Translations under genes and position numbers: made by a program
The notes under the pieces: model-generated
The model's database searches: none
What the model saw: only the letters and a program-made list of their open reading frames with translations
Told to the model about the DNA's origin: nothing
Shown here: piece by piece, positions 1 to 12,825 of the stretch
Layout of the letters: the number at the start of each line of letters is the position of its first letter
Numbering within the stretch: position 1 is the stretch's first letter
Origin: Octopus bimaculoides
Taxonomy: Eukaryota
Direction of reading: 5' to 3'
DNA: 62,579 nt
NCBI RefSeq assembly: GCF_001194135.2
Contig: NC_068993.1
Coordinates: forward strand, 43,467,963-43,530,541

Positions 1-117
1 GTCTACTTTCCAATGATTTTTGTCAAACGTATTTATTTCAAATACATTTGTCGAGGAGTTTGTTTTCAAAAACTCACCGAGAATTATTTACCTATGATTA
101 TAATCTTACAATTCATC

Positions 118-133
118 ATTATTATTATCATCA

Positions 134-192
<59 letters not shown>

Positions 193-197
193 GTTAT
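118..197. repeat. (ATT/ATC)n microsatellite
   Basis: Direct trinucleotide run; it produces the poly-I and poly-Y ORFs at 13-251. Confidence 0.95.
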
Positions 198-395
198 CGT
201 TTTTTGCCATTAATCTTTGTGGTGCTTTTCAAAATAGACAATCTATATTGATGCTATATAAATTAGTAACCTAAAGGAATTTGTGACAACTTGAATAAAA
301 AAAAAACTACATTAACAATTTTCATTCTTTCAAAATAAACAAACAAGTCTGAAACAAACTCTCTTTCTCTCTTGAAAATGTGGTAAATCTTTCAG

Positions 396-483
396 ATAAT
401 GATTTAACATACAGCTTAAAGCTATTTAACTATAAAAATTTGGATAAATACATATTTCCAATTGTATTATCTATGAAATGTCA
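396..483 (+). CDS. Candidate internal exon, 88 nt, (D)NDLTYSLKLFNYKNLDKYIFPIVLSMKC; product unknown
   Basis: Acceptor aatctttcag| and donor CA|gtaagt; one frame is open throughout and the other two close at once. No recognised homology. Confidence 0.4.
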
Positions 484-659
484 GTAAGTTTAGGAGTATA
501 ATTAAATTTTATATTTAGGTAACTAGTTTTTTTTGTGTGTGTTTGTGTTTTTCTTTCTTTGTCTTTTACATTCACAAATATTTTCAATTCCTGTCTTAAT
601 ACTAATATTGATAGATTTCATGGAAATTTTTGAAAACATTAAAAGAAAAGAAACCTTAC

Positions 660-686
660 GTTTTGAATATAATGACATTAACCTTT
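660..686 (-). CDS. Candidate 27-nt micro-exon (xRLMSLYSK or KVNVIIFK)
   Basis: Minus-strand acceptor gattttcatcatcacag| and donor AC|gtaagg; two frames open. It is short enough to be chance. Confidence 0.2.
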
Positions 687-1378
687 CTGTGATGATGAAA
701 ATCATATATTGATATAAATTGTCATATACCATATATAGTTGTGTATGTGTGTGTGTGTATGTGTATATGTGTGTGTATACTTACATATATGCATGCATGT
801 GTATTTATGTGTATGCATGTGTGTGTGTGTGTGTGTATAACTGCCTTCTTCTCAGTTTCCATCTACCAGTTTTACTGAAATTTGTTTATATATGTCATCT
901 CTATGTTTGTCTTTACATTGATACTGGTTCTCTGTGTGTTATATTCCATGACCTAGCAGTTCAACAAACAGGTTCTTACTACATTTTGTGTGCATAACCT
1001 TTAAGAGTTGACTTTGCCTATCACACCTGTCATACTTTTAGGAATGATAAAACAACAACGTCTCTGATTTAGGCACAGAGCCAAAAGTTTTGAGGGGAGG
1101 GTGTTAATCAATACCATTGAACTGGTACATGACTGGTACTTTATTTTATCCATCTCAAAAGGATGAAAGGCGTAGTTGTCTCCAGTGGGATTTGAACTCA
1201 GAACATAAAGAACCACAACAAATAGCACACCGTGTTCTTTTTTTACACTCTCACTATTTTTCCAGCTCACCACCTTGAAAAGGGATATAGCCACAACTTC
1301 ATAATGATGAAACTATGGAGTATGTCTTAACCTTTTTTTGTGACTGGCTCCTGTTACTGTGTTACAAACTTCCCATTT

Positions 1379-1580
1379 TAACCCTTTAGCATGAAAACCG
1401 GCTATGTCCAGCCTAAATATTCTACCTTCATGTTGAAACTGGTCAGATCTAGCTTCTCAAGTCTACCCTACAATGTTGGCTCTGTGCCCTACAATCATAT
1501 CATCAGAATCTCAAAGCTATGAGACAATGCATGATTAATTAAAAACAATGTGAATAAATAAGCATTACCTTTGACAGTAT
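1379..1580 (-). mobile_element. TTAA-flanked MITE family 2 (ttaaccctttagcat terminus), piggyBac-like, degenerate
   Basis: Begins ttaaccctttagcat and matches the reverse complement of the copies at 26420 and 30580. Confidence 0.6.
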
Positions 1581-2759
1581 AAGGATTAAAGTGATCTACA
1601 TTAAAAACCTTACATCAGAATTACATGTTAATTTATGTTCCAAACACGATGGATTTTTTTTTTTTTTAGTTTTTTGTTTGTCTGTTTTTTCACCCTGAGC
1701 TCTGAGACTAATAAGGCTAGTTACCAGGTTTCCATGGCGCATAAGTGACCAGGATCACATTTCCCCTGAACAGCTTGCCTTTTGTCAAACATGCTAATGA
1801 TTCTGCCAGTTCACTGCCTTAAACACCGGCTTAATCATGACAAAGTTATTTTACTAAATACTTCATTATTTTCAAGATGAATTGAGACAAAGCTTGTGTA
1901 GCTTAATAGAAATGTGTTAACCAAAGGGTCAAAATGTTCAATATTTTATATTGTCTGTTTATCAAGAGACTGGATATGTGGATTGTTTCAAAATATTCAA
2001 TAAGTTATCTCATAATAAGCAGAACTGCTCAATAACAGCAACAGCAAATATGGACAGAATTCTATTATTTCTGTTAGATCTGAAGAGACAGACTGTCGCC
2101 ATGACTTTCTAAGCCATAGGTTTCAAGCCTAGGGTTCATGAACCCCTGAAGTGGGAGAAAGGATTTATAAAGACAGTACTGGAGGGGTGGGGCTGTGAAC
2201 GGTGTTTAAAATATCAAAAGGCTGTAGTGCAAAATGTATAATTAGCCAATTAATTATTCTCTTACATAAATGAGAGATGAAGCTGGGAAATTGAGTTTGT
2301 TGTTAGTTAATAAATTACCTTATTGAGTTGACAGACCTTTCCACATCCCGGGTCCATGGGGAAAAATTTACTTAAATGAAAGGGGATCATGGGAAGGAAA
2401 AAAATTGAGAAACACTTGAGAACATTCCACAGTTTTGGAATGGTAGAAAGGATAGTTGAGTCTTGTTAGTGTAATTAAGGTTCAGTTTTAACTGTGGCAT
2501 GTTGAGAATTGGTAGGAAAGTGTGTGGAGACAGAAAAATAATTTTTTTTAAAAACTCCCCAAAGGGATATCGATCTAAAGATAAAAGATTGGAGAAAATA
2601 ATTATTATAAATTCTTGCAAGTATGAAGAAAGACTTGCAGATGCTTCACTGAATTACTCATAAATCATTCATCATTAAAGATTAAGAAAGTTGCAACAAA
2701 AGTTTTGATTCCATTAACATAATTGGTTAAGTTTTCTATATGTATATTCACATGCTTTT

Positions 2760-3140
2760 TTTAGCCCTTTTGTTACCATATTTCTGCAGAAATACACTGC
2801 CTTGGTTTCAATTGATTTTGGAAATAACAAAGAATTCAGTAAAATAATTTTATTATTAAGTTGATATTTGGAACATGAAATAACATGAAATTTTTTATGG
2901 AAGGTTTTAATTTAGACCATTTTAACACTTTCATTCCTATATTTCAGTAAAAATACGGTTTTTTTGTCTTTTTTGATTAATTATGAAAATGAGGAATTTA
3001 GTAAAATAACTGTCATTATGAAGCTGGGAGCATAAATTAACATGAAATTTTGTGAGAAAATTTTTAATTTAGACCCCTTTGAAACAGAAAGTTTATATCA
3101 TAGGACCAAGGGCAGTCTCAAGAAGGTCAGTACCAAAAGA
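2760..3140 (+). mobile_element. TTAA-flanked MITE family 1, two partial tandem copies
   Basis: ttagcccttttgttaccatatttctg ... ggtcagtaccaaaagagtgaa; homologous to the intact copy at 16841. Confidence 0.65.
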
Positions 3141-3145
3141 GTGAA

Positions 3146-3462
3146 GGCGCAGGGCTTAATGCTTAAGGTATTCAACTCAGTCATAACATCGTGAGTTCGA
3201 TTCCCAACGGTGCATTGTGTCTTTGAGTAAGACACTTTATTTCACATTGCTCCAGTTCACTTAGCTAGGAAAAATGAATTGTACGTGTAATCCAAAGAGC
3301 CAGCCTTGTCACATTCTGTGTCATGCTGAATCTCCCTGAGAACAACATTAAAGGTACATGTGTCTGTGAAGTACTCAACCACTTGCACTTTAATTTCATA
3401 AGCAAGGTCTTCCATTGACTGGATCAACTAGAACAATCATTGCCATAACTAACAGAATGCCA
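3146..3462 (+). mobile_element. tRNA-headed SINE (family C head, different body)
   Basis: B-box gagttcgattccc followed by tgtgtctttgagtaagacactttat...gctccagttcact, shared with the copy at 51681. Confidence 0.65.
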
Positions 3463-4495
3463 GTTTTTTTTTTGGGGGGGGGGGGGGTTCTGCACCAAAA
3501 GAATTAATTCAAACCTATATTATTTGTCATTTGCTGTTGGCCATTCGTTGCACCTTATTATATTTCACACCCTTATTTTGCTAATATTCCTACTTCAGCA
3601 AGAATCAGTAGATATACAGAAAAAATAGAGCTCCAGGCAAATACCAAAATACATTGTAGTTCATAAATTCATTCCCTTTGCATTCTGAGTTCAATTCCTA
3701 TTAGAGTTGGCTTCACATTTTATTGCTCTGGTGTTCATGAAATAAGTTACCTGGTTTTTATGGTGATTAAGTGATCAAGATCACAACAATCCCTCTGAAT
3801 GGGATGCCAGTCATTGCAAGGTTCAAGGCCAGCTATTTTGAGGGAAGCAAGCAAGTTGACTACATCGATCCCAGTACTTAACTGGTATTTTATTTTATCA
3901 ATCCTGTAGGGATTTGAACTCAGAATGTAAAGAGCTTAAAGAAATACCACTAAGCATTTTGTCCAACATGCAACAATTCTGCCAGCTCACCAACCTCAAA
4001 TAGTAAGGCTGATTAATTAAAGGGCTTCTTCTCCTAAAATTATTTGTGAACTTCAGCCTGTTTTAATAATCATTATTATTAGTTCTTTAGCTGCCTATCT
4101 CTATTATATCTCCTTTTATCAATTCTAATAAATTTGAAGCTCTTCCAACATTTTACTCCTTTGAATTATATTTAAATTTTGCTTTTTTTTTTTTTTTGTT
4201 TTTTGTTTTTTCTCGAGTTAAAAATTCAGAAAATATCACAAATATGTTGAATTTTATTCAGTAGTTTTTGTTGTTGTTTTTTTTTTTGCATTTTATTTTG
4301 TTTTTATTTTTTCCTCATTTCTGAATTGTTCTCCTTGCTTTAAGACACAACCATACACTTGGGACTACCACTTAAAAAAAAATTGTATAATGAGAGTTTA
4401 ATTTATCTTAAATTAAAACTTCTATCAACTTCATAAAAAAATAAGTATTTAAGAAAAACAATCAATTTTGTACATTTGATATTTTTTATTTTTGA

Positions 4496-4545
<50 letters not shown>

Positions 4546-4565
4546 ATAATAATAGTAATAATAAT
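4496..4565. repeat. (GTA)n/(ATA)n microsatellite
   Basis: Direct trinucleotide run. Confidence 0.95.
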
Positions 4566-6928
4566 AGTATCTACAGCATTCTCCCCTATCATAGCATTAT
4601 TATAATTATTTTTAACATTTTTCATCATCATCATCATCAGTAGTATTATTTTATTGACAAGGATTCCAATTTAATTAGTGAAAGAGTATCAGGTACTGAC
4701 TTAATAATCAAATTGTCACTGTCACAAACCAATTAAAAGCAAGACCAGAGTAAATTAGCCCAGTGAGGATACTTCGTTAAAAGTATGGTGACAAATTTCA
4801 CTCTAACACACAGCATACCAAAAATCCTCTGAAGATTTTTGTCAGACATTCATTTGTTAAATGCTCAAAGTTAGCAAAGCATTTTTTTTGGGGGGGGGGG
4901 GGTTAAAAAAATTTTTTTTTTTTGTTTTTTTTTTTTTTAATTATGCCTGAAATATTATATGAGATTAAGGTGGTAGAGTCATTAGAGCTTAGAGTGTAAG
5001 AAGAATTCCTTGCAGCATTTTTTCCAAGTCTCTATGCTCTGAGTTCAAATCCTACCAAGGTCAATTTTGTATTTCATCCTTTTGAGGCTTGATATATAAT
5101 GTAACTTTATTTCTCTCTCTCTTTCTCCTTCCCGCTCGCTATCCTCTTCCCAGTTTTCTCTCTACTTTCTTTTCTCTCACTCCCTTTCTTCCCAAGTCTC
5201 TCTCTCTCTCCGCCCCAAATGAGTCATGGTATGAAAGGGGTGCTTGCTTAGAACTACCATGTGATATTAAGACAAGGGTGCACACACACACACACATACA
5301 TGATGGTCTTCCTTTAGTTTCTGTCTACCAAATCCACTTACAATGCTTTGGTTGACCTGGGACTATATTAGATGACACTTCTCCAAAGTGTCACATGGGA
5401 CTGAACCACAGACCACGCAGCCATACCTAATATTTATAATAATAATAGTGATGATGATGATGATGATGATTGTGATAATGACAACAGCGAAGAGGAGGAA
5501 GCAGCAAAGAGGAGGAAGATTTTCAATATTGGCATGAAGCCACACATTTTGAGAGGAAGTGTAGTTAGTTTTGAACTTGATCCATCCCCCAGCACTGAAT
5601 CATCTCATTATTTTATCAATCCTAAAAACATGACAAACAATGTCAGCTTCAACAGGATGTGTACATGAAATATAAGAAGTGACATAACTCAATGATGTCA
5701 TGCGTTTAATCTGATACTCCAACCATTATTTCTACAACTAGGCATTGATATAATATATCCAATTGTGACAACAAACTATGATAGAAGAATATTTAGAAAC
5801 TTTCAATGCTACACAAACTGAGAAGTATCCAAGATAGTTTCTGTTAACTAGCTGTGATCTTATGTATCAGAAAAATTTCTCAAAAGAGGTGTGTTTGGAA
5901 GGGCAGAGCTTGCTCAAGATGATGGTGAATGATCCATCAGACACTAGTGCTTTGACCTAATTTGGTCTCCTCAGTGGTAGACAATCCCAGATATTCTAAG
6001 TTTAAGTGAAAACTATTCCTTCTGATATAGAAATTGTTGCACAAAATGCTCATTGATGTATATGAAAGGTGACCAGGCTAAAATTAAATCAATGTGTACT
6101 TGAAGCAGCATTAGGTTAAAATTGACTATATTTGTAATCTATATACAAACATAGACGGCACTAGTTGTAATACAGGCATTAGTATAGATACTTATAAATA
6201 CACAAACACACACTGATACATGCTCACACACAAAACGGAGAGTCACAATATTGAAAGTTTCAACTCCATAAGTATTTATTTTGACATCTATTTTCAGTAT
6301 TGCACACACACTCGTTCCCACCTTCTGGTTGAGACTGAAATCTTTGCATTTAAGTATTGACTTATATATACACACATATACATACCTATATGCACTGACA
6401 TACACGTGTGTGTGTGTGTGTGTGCATGTGTAGATGTCGTTTATTTATTGCAATCTTTCTTGTCAGCTGGTGTGCCGCAATCGAGAGCAATAAGCTGCAA
6501 TCCAAACACAAACACACACACACACACACACTACTTATTCTATTTTGTGATTTTATTTATATTTAGTTCCATTCAATATCAATTTCTCACATTTTCTTTA
6601 AAAATGGTTATGAATATTTCCTTTCTGAAAGGTTTGTACTTGTTTGTCAACCTGTGACTTAATTATATGAAATAAATTCAAAGCAAAAAAAAAAAAGAGA
6701 AAGAAAAAGAACTATACCGTGAGAGTTTTGACACTTACACTAACTTAACTCCTTGACTCATTTGTCGGCACCTTGTTGTTATTAAAGAATTAGAAACCCA
6801 CGTCACATATCACTATATGTATAGTGTGTGTATGTATATATATATATATATATATACACATACATATACACACACACATATATATAAACATACACATACA
6901 CACGTGTATATATATATANNNNNNNNNN

Positions 6929-6969
<41 letters not shown>

Positions 6970-7462
6970 CACATGTATATATATACACATACACGTGTGT
7001 GTATGTGTGTGTGTGTACAGGCACACACATATAGACACACACACACCCACACATATGCACTCATAAATCTGTACATTTGTGTATCTATGTATACACACAT
7101 GAGCACACACATAAATATAGGTTGGGAAATAATACCGAGGAAGTTAGTTAACCAAAATACCACTAAAGAGATTGACAAATCTCCCATGGAATGATTTAGA
7201 AATGAAATAATTCAGAGATACTGTTCATTTACATTTGATTATATAATAAAACATTAAGGCAAGTTAGCGTAACATACATAATGTATGGTGTATCATCATC
7301 ATCATCTGTCAACGTCAGTGTTCCATACAACCATGGGTTGGACTGTATGACCAGATACAATGTGTCAGAGGATTGTATTGTACTCTAGTGTCTGCTTAAA
7401 TATGGTTTCTGCTTCTGAATGCCGTTCTTAGTACCCCCACCATCCCCACTAAAAGAAGGCTA

Positions 7463-7574
7463 GCCATATCACATTGAAAGCACCGGTTCTTGTCCGATCA
7501 GTGAAGTTAAGCAACATCAAGCCTAGTTAGTACTTAGATGGGTGACCACTTGGGAAACCTAGGTGCTGTAAGCG
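7463..7574 (+). pseudogene. 5S rRNA pseudogene, first ~7 nt missing or diverged
   Basis: gccatatcacattgaaagcaccggttcttgtccgatcagtgaagttaagcaacatcaagcctagttagtacttagatgggtgaccacttgggaaacctaggtgctgtaagc aligns by eye to the metazoan 5S consensus, including Box A and Box C. Many changes are CpG transitions, and the 5' strand of helix I is lost. Confidence 0.9.
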
Positions 7575-7588
7575 TTCTTGCCTTTATA

Positions 7589-7995
7589 GGCGTAGGAGTG
7601 GCTGTGTGGTAAGTAGCTTGCTTACCAACCACATGGTTCCGGGTTCAGTCCCACTGCGTGGCACCTTGGGCTAGTGTCTTCTACTATAGCCTCGGGCTGA
7701 CCAAAGCCTTGAGTGGATTTGGTAGACGGAAACTGAAAGAAGCCCTTCATATATATTTATATATATGTATGTGTGTGTATATGTTTGCGTGTCTGTGTTT
7801 GTCCTCCCAACATCGCTTGACATCCGATGCTGGTGTGTTTACGTCCCCGTAACTTAGCGGTTCGGCAAAAGAGACCAATAGAATAAGTACTAGGCTTACA
7901 AAGAATAAGACCTGGGGTCGATTTGCTCGACGAAAGGTGGTGCTCCAGCATGGCCACAGTCAAATGACTGAAGCAAGTAAAAGAGTAAAAGTGAG
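7589..7995 (+). mobile_element. tRNA-derived SINE family A, full-length young copy
   Basis: A-box tggctgtgtgg, B-box-like ggttcagtccc, central (TA)/(TG) microsatellite and tail caagtaaaagagtaaaa. More than 20 related copies or fragments occur in the window. Confidence 0.9.
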
Positions 7996-8000
7996 TAATG

Positions 8001-8220
8001 ACTTTACCCTTTTGTTACCATATTTCTGTTAACATATGCAGCCTTTGCTTCCATTAATTTTTAAAATAACGAAGAATTTAATAAAATAACTCTCATTATT
8101 AAGGTGGGATCTGGCACAAATTAGCATAAAGATATTGATGGAAGATTATAATTTAGACCACTTCAAAACAGTAAGTTTATTTCGTAGAACTTGGGGTAAT
8201 TTCAGGCTGGTTGTTATCTA
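8001..8220 (+). mobile_element. TTAA-flanked MITE family 1, degenerate
   Basis: tttacccttttgttaccatatttctg start; homologous to 16841-17069. Confidence 0.65.
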
Positions 8221-8234
8221 GGGTGGGGGGCAGC

Positions 8235-8450
8235 AAGCTAGAAGGATTATTATCATGCTAGCAAAATGTTTTGTAGCATTTCGTCTATTTACATTCTGAG
8301 TTCAAATTCCACGAAAATCAACTTTACTTTTCATCCTTTCAGGGTTGATAAAGTATGTACCAGTTGAGTACTGGGGTTAATGTAAATGACTAGCCCCCCT
8401 CTTCCTCCACAGAACTTACTGGCCTTGTGCCAAAATTTGAAACCAATATT
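8235..8450 (+). mobile_element. SINE family B copy
   Basis: ttctgagttcaaattcc...tttcatcctttcagggttgataaag...taccagttgagtactgggg, shared with 32272. Confidence 0.75.
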
Positions 8451-9100
8451 AACTAATGACTTAATTTGAGTATTTTAATTAGGGTGACAGATTGGCAGAA
8501 TCAATACTGGAGTGTCGAAAAGAATGCAATGAAATATTTGTTGTTGTTCTTTAAATTCTTAATTTAAATCTCACCAAGGTCAACTTCACCTTTCTTCTAG
8601 TCTGGATTAATAAAATAACTTACCAGTCAATTACTGGTACTACTGACTAACTCTTACCCTGAAAAAATTACCAGCCTTGTGTGTAAATGGGAAATCATTC
8701 TTCTAAAAAAGAACATGGAGTGAACTCTAGACATGTCTGCCTTATCCTGTCCTCATCAGCACTGGCACACTATGCAGCTGTCCAACTTAGACCCTTTCAA
8801 GCCATCCAGCTTGTACCATCATGGAAAGCAAATATAAAATGATGATGTATATCACTGGTACCATCCATAATTTATAATGTTTTGTGGAGAACCCACATTT
8901 GTCTTCTAAGCCATAACCTGGATATAACAACAAACCAATAAAGGAGCCTTTATGCAGATGTTCATCATGCTGGAAATAGCAGCTGACTTGTCTGCTAAAT
9001 GTAGAAAAAGATGTTCTCACCTTACAGTGCTACTGTATATATCAAATCCTCAGGGATGTTAGACATTTAGAAAAGTTATCACTGATAATACATTATTTAC

Positions 9101-9176
9101 AAATAAAATTTTTTAATAATTCTGTTCGAAGAATGTCTTTTAATATCTCTTCTTTGTGCAACAACATCGATTCCAA
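9101..9176 (-). CDS. Candidate internal exon, 76 nt, LESMLLHKEEILKDILRTELLKNFI; product unknown
   Basis: Acceptor catgttatgtag| and donor T|gtaaat; open frame with an amphipathic-helix-like peptide and two retained CpGs. Confidence 0.35.
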
Positions 9177-9288
9177 CTACATAACATGGCTGCCATTTCT
9201 CAAGACAAATGACATGAAACAAAGTGTCTTCTTTCAAGTAGAACATGCAATGTATAAGGACAGTAATAACTCCATACATGACCAAACC

Positions 9289-9322
<34 letters not shown>

Positions 9323-9325
<3 letters not shown>

Positions 9326-9745
9326 TCATCATCATCATCATCATCATCGTTTAACGTCCGCTTTCCATGCTAGCATGGGTTGGACGATTTGACTGAGGAT
9401 TGGTGAAACCAGATGGCTACACCAGGCTCCAATCTGATTTGGCAGAGTTTCTACAGCTGGATGCCCTTCCTAACGCCAACCACTCAGAGAGTATAGTGGG
9501 TGCTTTTACGTGTCACCCGCACGAAGGCCAGTCAAGCGGTACTGGCAACGGCCACGCTCAAAATGGTGTAGTTTATGTGCCACCCGCACAAGAGCCAGTC
9601 CAGGGGCACTGGCAACGATCTCACTCGAAAATCCTTACACATATCACGGGCACAAGTGCCAGAAAGGCGACGCTAGGCACAGGTGCCATCCCGATTTCGC
9701 TTTCGCTTGCCCCAATAAGTCTTTGCAAGCTGAGTTTCATGTCCA
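9323..9745 (-). mobile_element. 3' end/UTR of an RTE-type LINE, or a SINE sharing that tail; young copy with (GAT)n tail
   Basis: catcatcgtttaacgtccgctttccatgctagcatgggttgg...ctggatgcccttcctaacgccaaccac; CpGs retained; internal ~70-bp tandem unit. The related copy at 20075-20440 continues into an RTE-like ORF2 C-terminus. Confidence 0.8.
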
Positions 9746-11624
9746 GAGAGAGAGAAAGATTGATAGATAGATCATTTTAATGTCAACTTTTCCATACTTG
9801 ATTTTGTTAAGGCAGATTTTGTATGGAAAAACACCCCTCCTGTTGCCAACCCTCACTTGTTTCCCCAAGACCTGTCGTATTTATCACAGAATATTGGAAA
9901 CAAAGGACATTGCTTACATTATGACGCTCGTTTATAGCTATCACACAATGTCAAAGCAATGAGGCAGTAACTCGCACACACACATTATAGGCTTCTTTCA
10001 GTTTCTAGCTACCAAATCCACTCACAAGGCTTTGGTCGAACCTGCAGTTGCAATAGAAGACAGCTGCCCCCAAGGTATCACACAGTAGAACTGAACCCAG
10101 AACCATGGTTGGGAAACAAAGTTCTTAGCACACAGCTACACCAAGATTGCATGCAGTGTGACTGAGTAGGTTTTAAAAGTGAAATTTTAGCAATTCCACT
10201 CTGTAATTGCAATCTCTTGAAAAATTCAGCTGATCTATGTTTTACTAAACTCCCCTCTAATACAATTAAGTGAGATAGTTTACAAAAACTATTTCTGTCT
10301 GTCTTAGTTATGGCAAATGAAAATCTTGTACAGCAGATAGTTTATTATAAATTATTATTATTATTATTATTATTATTTTTTTTTTTTTTTTAATGGAATC
10401 CATTTCAGATTTAGATGTCAAAATATGTGATATGCTGCTTTATAGAATCGTTCTGAAAATCTACCTCTAGAATAATTAGTTTGGAAGATCGAGAAGATTA
10501 AGTTATGGTTAATAAAGTATTTTATTCAGTTCAGAAGTCAATGCAAATATGTAAATGGATTTTGATAAATAGTATTCAGAAAATCTGTCAGACTTTTGCC
10601 CAAGGGAGAAACTTTTTTATTTGTTTGTTTATTTGCTTTTATTTTATTTTCCACTAGATAAATAAGTGTAAAGTAATTTTCTATGTATGCAGATAATTTT
10701 CTTTTCTTTTTCTCTTCAATATTTTTTTTTTCTTTGTGTACTTTCTGTTTTAATATTTTCTAGACTTATACCGGAATGTGCATAAACTTGATTGAGTGCT
10801 GTATGCTGCAGCAGCAGTTTAGGATGCTATATCAATTCCAGAGCTAGCTAGAAATTATGTTTTCCCCAATTATATGAGGTAAAATTATTAGATATACATA
10901 GTTTATTCTAAATTGCACTTAGGGGGAAAGAAGAATGAAGATGCTTTTATACTCTGTTTGTCTAATCGATCCACAATATTTAGTTTGGTTCATCATTATG
11001 TTGTCTTCTCACTTTTTTTTTTTTTGTCTACTCTTGCTTCCCACATTTGTATGGCTGTGTGCCACTCAATTCACAACTATTGCTTCATCTACCCACTTCA
11101 GTATTCTTCATTTTCTCTCCTTCAATATGCAGCATCATACACTATATAAACCCAAACCATCAAGGGAGTATCTACATTATTGCTCAGTCTGCTAGAAATA
11201 TCAACCAAATCTTCAAATCACAGCCTCTTATTTAGGAAAAAAAATATAAAAGTCACATTGGATAAAGTAATTTCAGGTATGCAATATCTGAAGAAAACAA
11301 AAAGAATGAATTGTCATGGCTAGATTGGTTTTGCTCATAAGTCTGCTCTGTCATTGCTGACCTATGGCTAACAGCATGACATGATTATGCACAACCATTT
11401 ATTGCAAGAACTCAAGAGCTTCATCTTGAAAGTTCTTCTGTGTCATAGAAGGAAAATCCAGCTCTAACCTTCTCCTCTTTTCATTCTTGAATTAACAGAG
11501 AGACATGTAGATCTGTGTAAAATTATTGCAAGAATCTTTCTCATCTCCATGGTTTTACTCTCTCACATTTTGTGATCTACTGGAAATGTCTTTCTGCCTT
11601 AGAGTTAATAATTAAAGCATTAAC

Positions 11625-11840
11625 CAGAATCCTCACAGCATTTAACTATTTAGCATGTAAACTGGCCATATCCAGCCAAAATATTCTGTTTTATATTAAA
11701 AGCCAACCAAATCCTGCCTCTCACACCTATTTAGCAATGACATTCAAAAAATAACATTTGCATCAAAATCTCAAAGCTATAAGATAATGCATGAGTAATT
11801 CAAAACAATATGAATTAATAAGCATTATATTTGACTGAGT
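11625..11840 (-). mobile_element. TTAA-flanked MITE family 2
   Basis: Reverse-complement match to 26420-26645. Confidence 0.65.
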
Positions 11841-12182
11841 TAACTTGAATCCTTACAACATATAAATAAAACAGTAACATCAATCAGTTACGTCTTCTAA
11901 GCTATTATCCTCTACCCTACAACTTATTGAATCTTTATTCTTTATCCTTTGTGACACAAATATGTCTGACTGTGCAGCAGATCCTTTTCCAAGCTACTGC
12001 ATCTTGTCAAATCTATAGACATAAAGTCTAATTTTGAAGAAGAGGAAATGGAAAATGGATGTTTATTCTATATTTTGGAAGGGCCATATTATCAAAACTT
12101 ACAAATACACTCACTAGTTGTTGTTTATATTCTTTGTTTTTCTTGTTGAATTTTCTTTTTCTCCCCAAAATTTTTTACTCAC

Positions 12183-12271
12183 GTCACCATTGTGACCTTT
12201 TCAATGGATATAGATTTTCCAAATGGTGGATTAGATTTTCTAACCCAATTTCTTTTGTTGTGTTTATATCT
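12183..12271 (-). CDS. Candidate exon, 89 nt (RYKHNKRNWVRKSNPPFGKSISIEKVTMVT, or DINTTKEIGLENLIHHLENLYPLKRSQ with the alternative donor); product unknown
   Basis: Consensus donor AC|gtgagt and acceptor gcttgctgtag|; frame ambiguous. Confidence 0.3.
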
Positions 12272-12423
12272 CTACAGCAAGCGTGTGAGCTGATAACATA
12301 GTTATTTATTCATTCCTTATTTTGCTCTCTTTTGTTGCTACCAATATCTGAATGTGTGTATGTGTGTCTGTGCATCTATATGTGAGAAAGAGAGAATGTG
12401 GTTGATTTCATTAGTTTTAGTCT

Positions 12424-12636
12424 TATTGTATACTCTTTTACTTGTTTCAGTCATTTGACTGTAGCCATGCTGGAGCANNNNNNNNNNNNNNNNNNNNNNN
12501 NNNNNNNNNNNNNNNNNNNNNNNNNNNNNNNNNNNNNNNNNNNNNNNNNNNNNNNNNNNNNNNNNNNNNNNNNNNNNNNNNNNNNNNNNNNNNNNNNNNN
12601 NNNNNNNNNNNNNNNNNNNNNNNNNNNNNNNNNNNN

Positions 12637-12668
<32 letters not shown>

Positions 12669-12825
12669 GATGGGCTTCTTTCAGTTTCCGTCTACTAAAT
12701 CCGCTCACAGGGTCTGGTCGGCCCGAGGCTATAGAAGACACTTGCCCGAGGTGCCACGCAGTGGGACTGAACCCGGAACCATGTGGTTCGTAAGCAAGCT
12801 ACTTACCACTCAGCCACTCCTATGC
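12424..12825 (-). mobile_element. SINE family A, young copy split by an assembly gap
   Basis: Reverse complement of 7589-7995: tail at 12424-12477, head at 12668-12825. Confidence 0.85.

Noticed and set aside
13-997. ORFs rich in I, Y, C/V or H/T here and throughout the ORF track
   Set aside because: They are translations of microsatellites, which lack stops in several frames.
5800-6080. Faint mariner-like peptide (FGRAELAQDDGE)
   Set aside because: Too degenerate to support without an alignment.
7589-7670. tRNA gene call for SINE heads
   Set aside because: A- and B-box-like motifs are present but no cloverleaf can be folded, and the sequence continues into SINE body.
9400-9780. 126-aa ORF with normal-looking composition
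   Set aside because: It lies wholly in the antisense strand of the RTE-tail repeat and owes its length to higher GC.
10766-10800. Apparent terminal exons DLYRNVHKLD* here and LEAFEKFINSFLDR* at ~25032
   Set aside because: Only an acceptor supports each; equally plausible readings exist in other frames or on the other strand.
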